Positions 63,781-64,000 of a stretch of 64,000 nt of DNA are shown piece by piece. Position 1 is the stretch's first letter. Every line of letters begins with the position of its first letter. The stretch lies in contig CAXXUK010000002.1 of the NCBI GenBank assembly GCA_963665125.2, positions 928,001 through 992,000 of the forward strand. Reading direction: 5' to 3'. The notes below the pieces were generated by a model. It was not told the DNA's origin. It worked only from the letters and a program-made list of their open reading frames with translations, and did not search any database. The translations under genes and the position numbers were made by a program. This DNA is from an uncultured Desulfarculus sp. Lineage in GTDB: Bacteria; Desulfobacterota; Desulfarculia; Desulfarculales; Desulfarculaceae.

Positions 63781-64000
63781 ATGGAAACGCCACAGTATCA
63801 AAGCAGCCCCGAACGCCAGCTAAACCTGGAGAGTATAAAGGCCAGGATTGAACCGATTCTGCGTCGTCATGGGGTGGTGCGCGCTTCCATTTTCGGCTCC
63901 ATGGCCAGAGGCGAAGCGCGACCGGGCAGCGATCTGGGTATTCTCATCGACTTTGGCTCGAACCGTAAATCCATGTTTGACCTTCAGGATCTTGAAGATG
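63781..64000 (+). CDS. Minimal nucleotidyltransferase (MNT) domain protein, runs off right edge
   Basis: Manual translation ...IEPILRRHGVVRASIFGSMARGEARPGSDLGILIDF. Confidence 0.8.
   Translation, partial: METPQYQSSPERQLNLESIKARIEPILRRHGVVRASIFGSMARGEARPGSDLGILIDFGSNRKSMFDLQDLED

Larger units (their letters stand above)
46280..64000. mobile_element. Integrative mobilisable element inserted at tRNA-Ala 3' end (right boundary not seen in window)
   Basis: Integrase directly beside the tRNA, Xis-like gene, coupling protein, relaxase/MobC, mosaic base composition; no VirB-like genes seen; left coordinate approximate. Confidence 0.85.

Noticed and set aside
46301..64000. Second att site (duplicate of tRNA-Ala 3' end)
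   Set aside because: Not seen by eye in the window; the element probably extends beyond it
46340..64000. Prophage interpretation
   Set aside because: No structural, terminase or lysis genes; relaxase and coupling protein point to a mobilisable element

Overview
GC-rich bacterial chromosome segment, most consistent with a sulfate-reducing deltaproteobacterium (Desulfobacterota-like; inferred from ahbC/hemB and protein sequence style). 1-7.9 kb: YchF-like ATPase (partial), hemB and ahbC, separated by a ~3 kb accessory block (an AT-rich Zn-ribbon/nucleoside-deoxyribosyltransferase-like gene and four tandem paralogous secreted proteins), then a ClpX-like ATPase. 8-42 kb: core translation/transcription supercluster (tRNA-Thr/Tyr/Thr, tuf, rpmG, tRNA-Trp, secE, nusG, rplKAJL, rpoBC, str, S10, spc and alpha operons, second tuf). 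42-46 kb: hydrolase, DUF1992-like protein, moaA, hypothetical protein. From tRNA-Ala(GGC) at 46.2 kb to the window end lies an integrative mobilisable element (integrase, Xis-like protein, VirD4-like coupling protein, relaxase/MobC/oriT, second tyrosine recombinase with a dif-like site). Its cargo is the most interesting part: an uncharacterised membrane/vWA operon fused to the transfer genes, a NUDIX-like gene next to a sensorless histidine kinase, a DGQHR+HEPN-like candidate defence pair, a TA pair, and a putative leading region of small Shine-Dalgarno-less genes separated by hairpin repeats. All calls are by eye from motifs; no searches were run.
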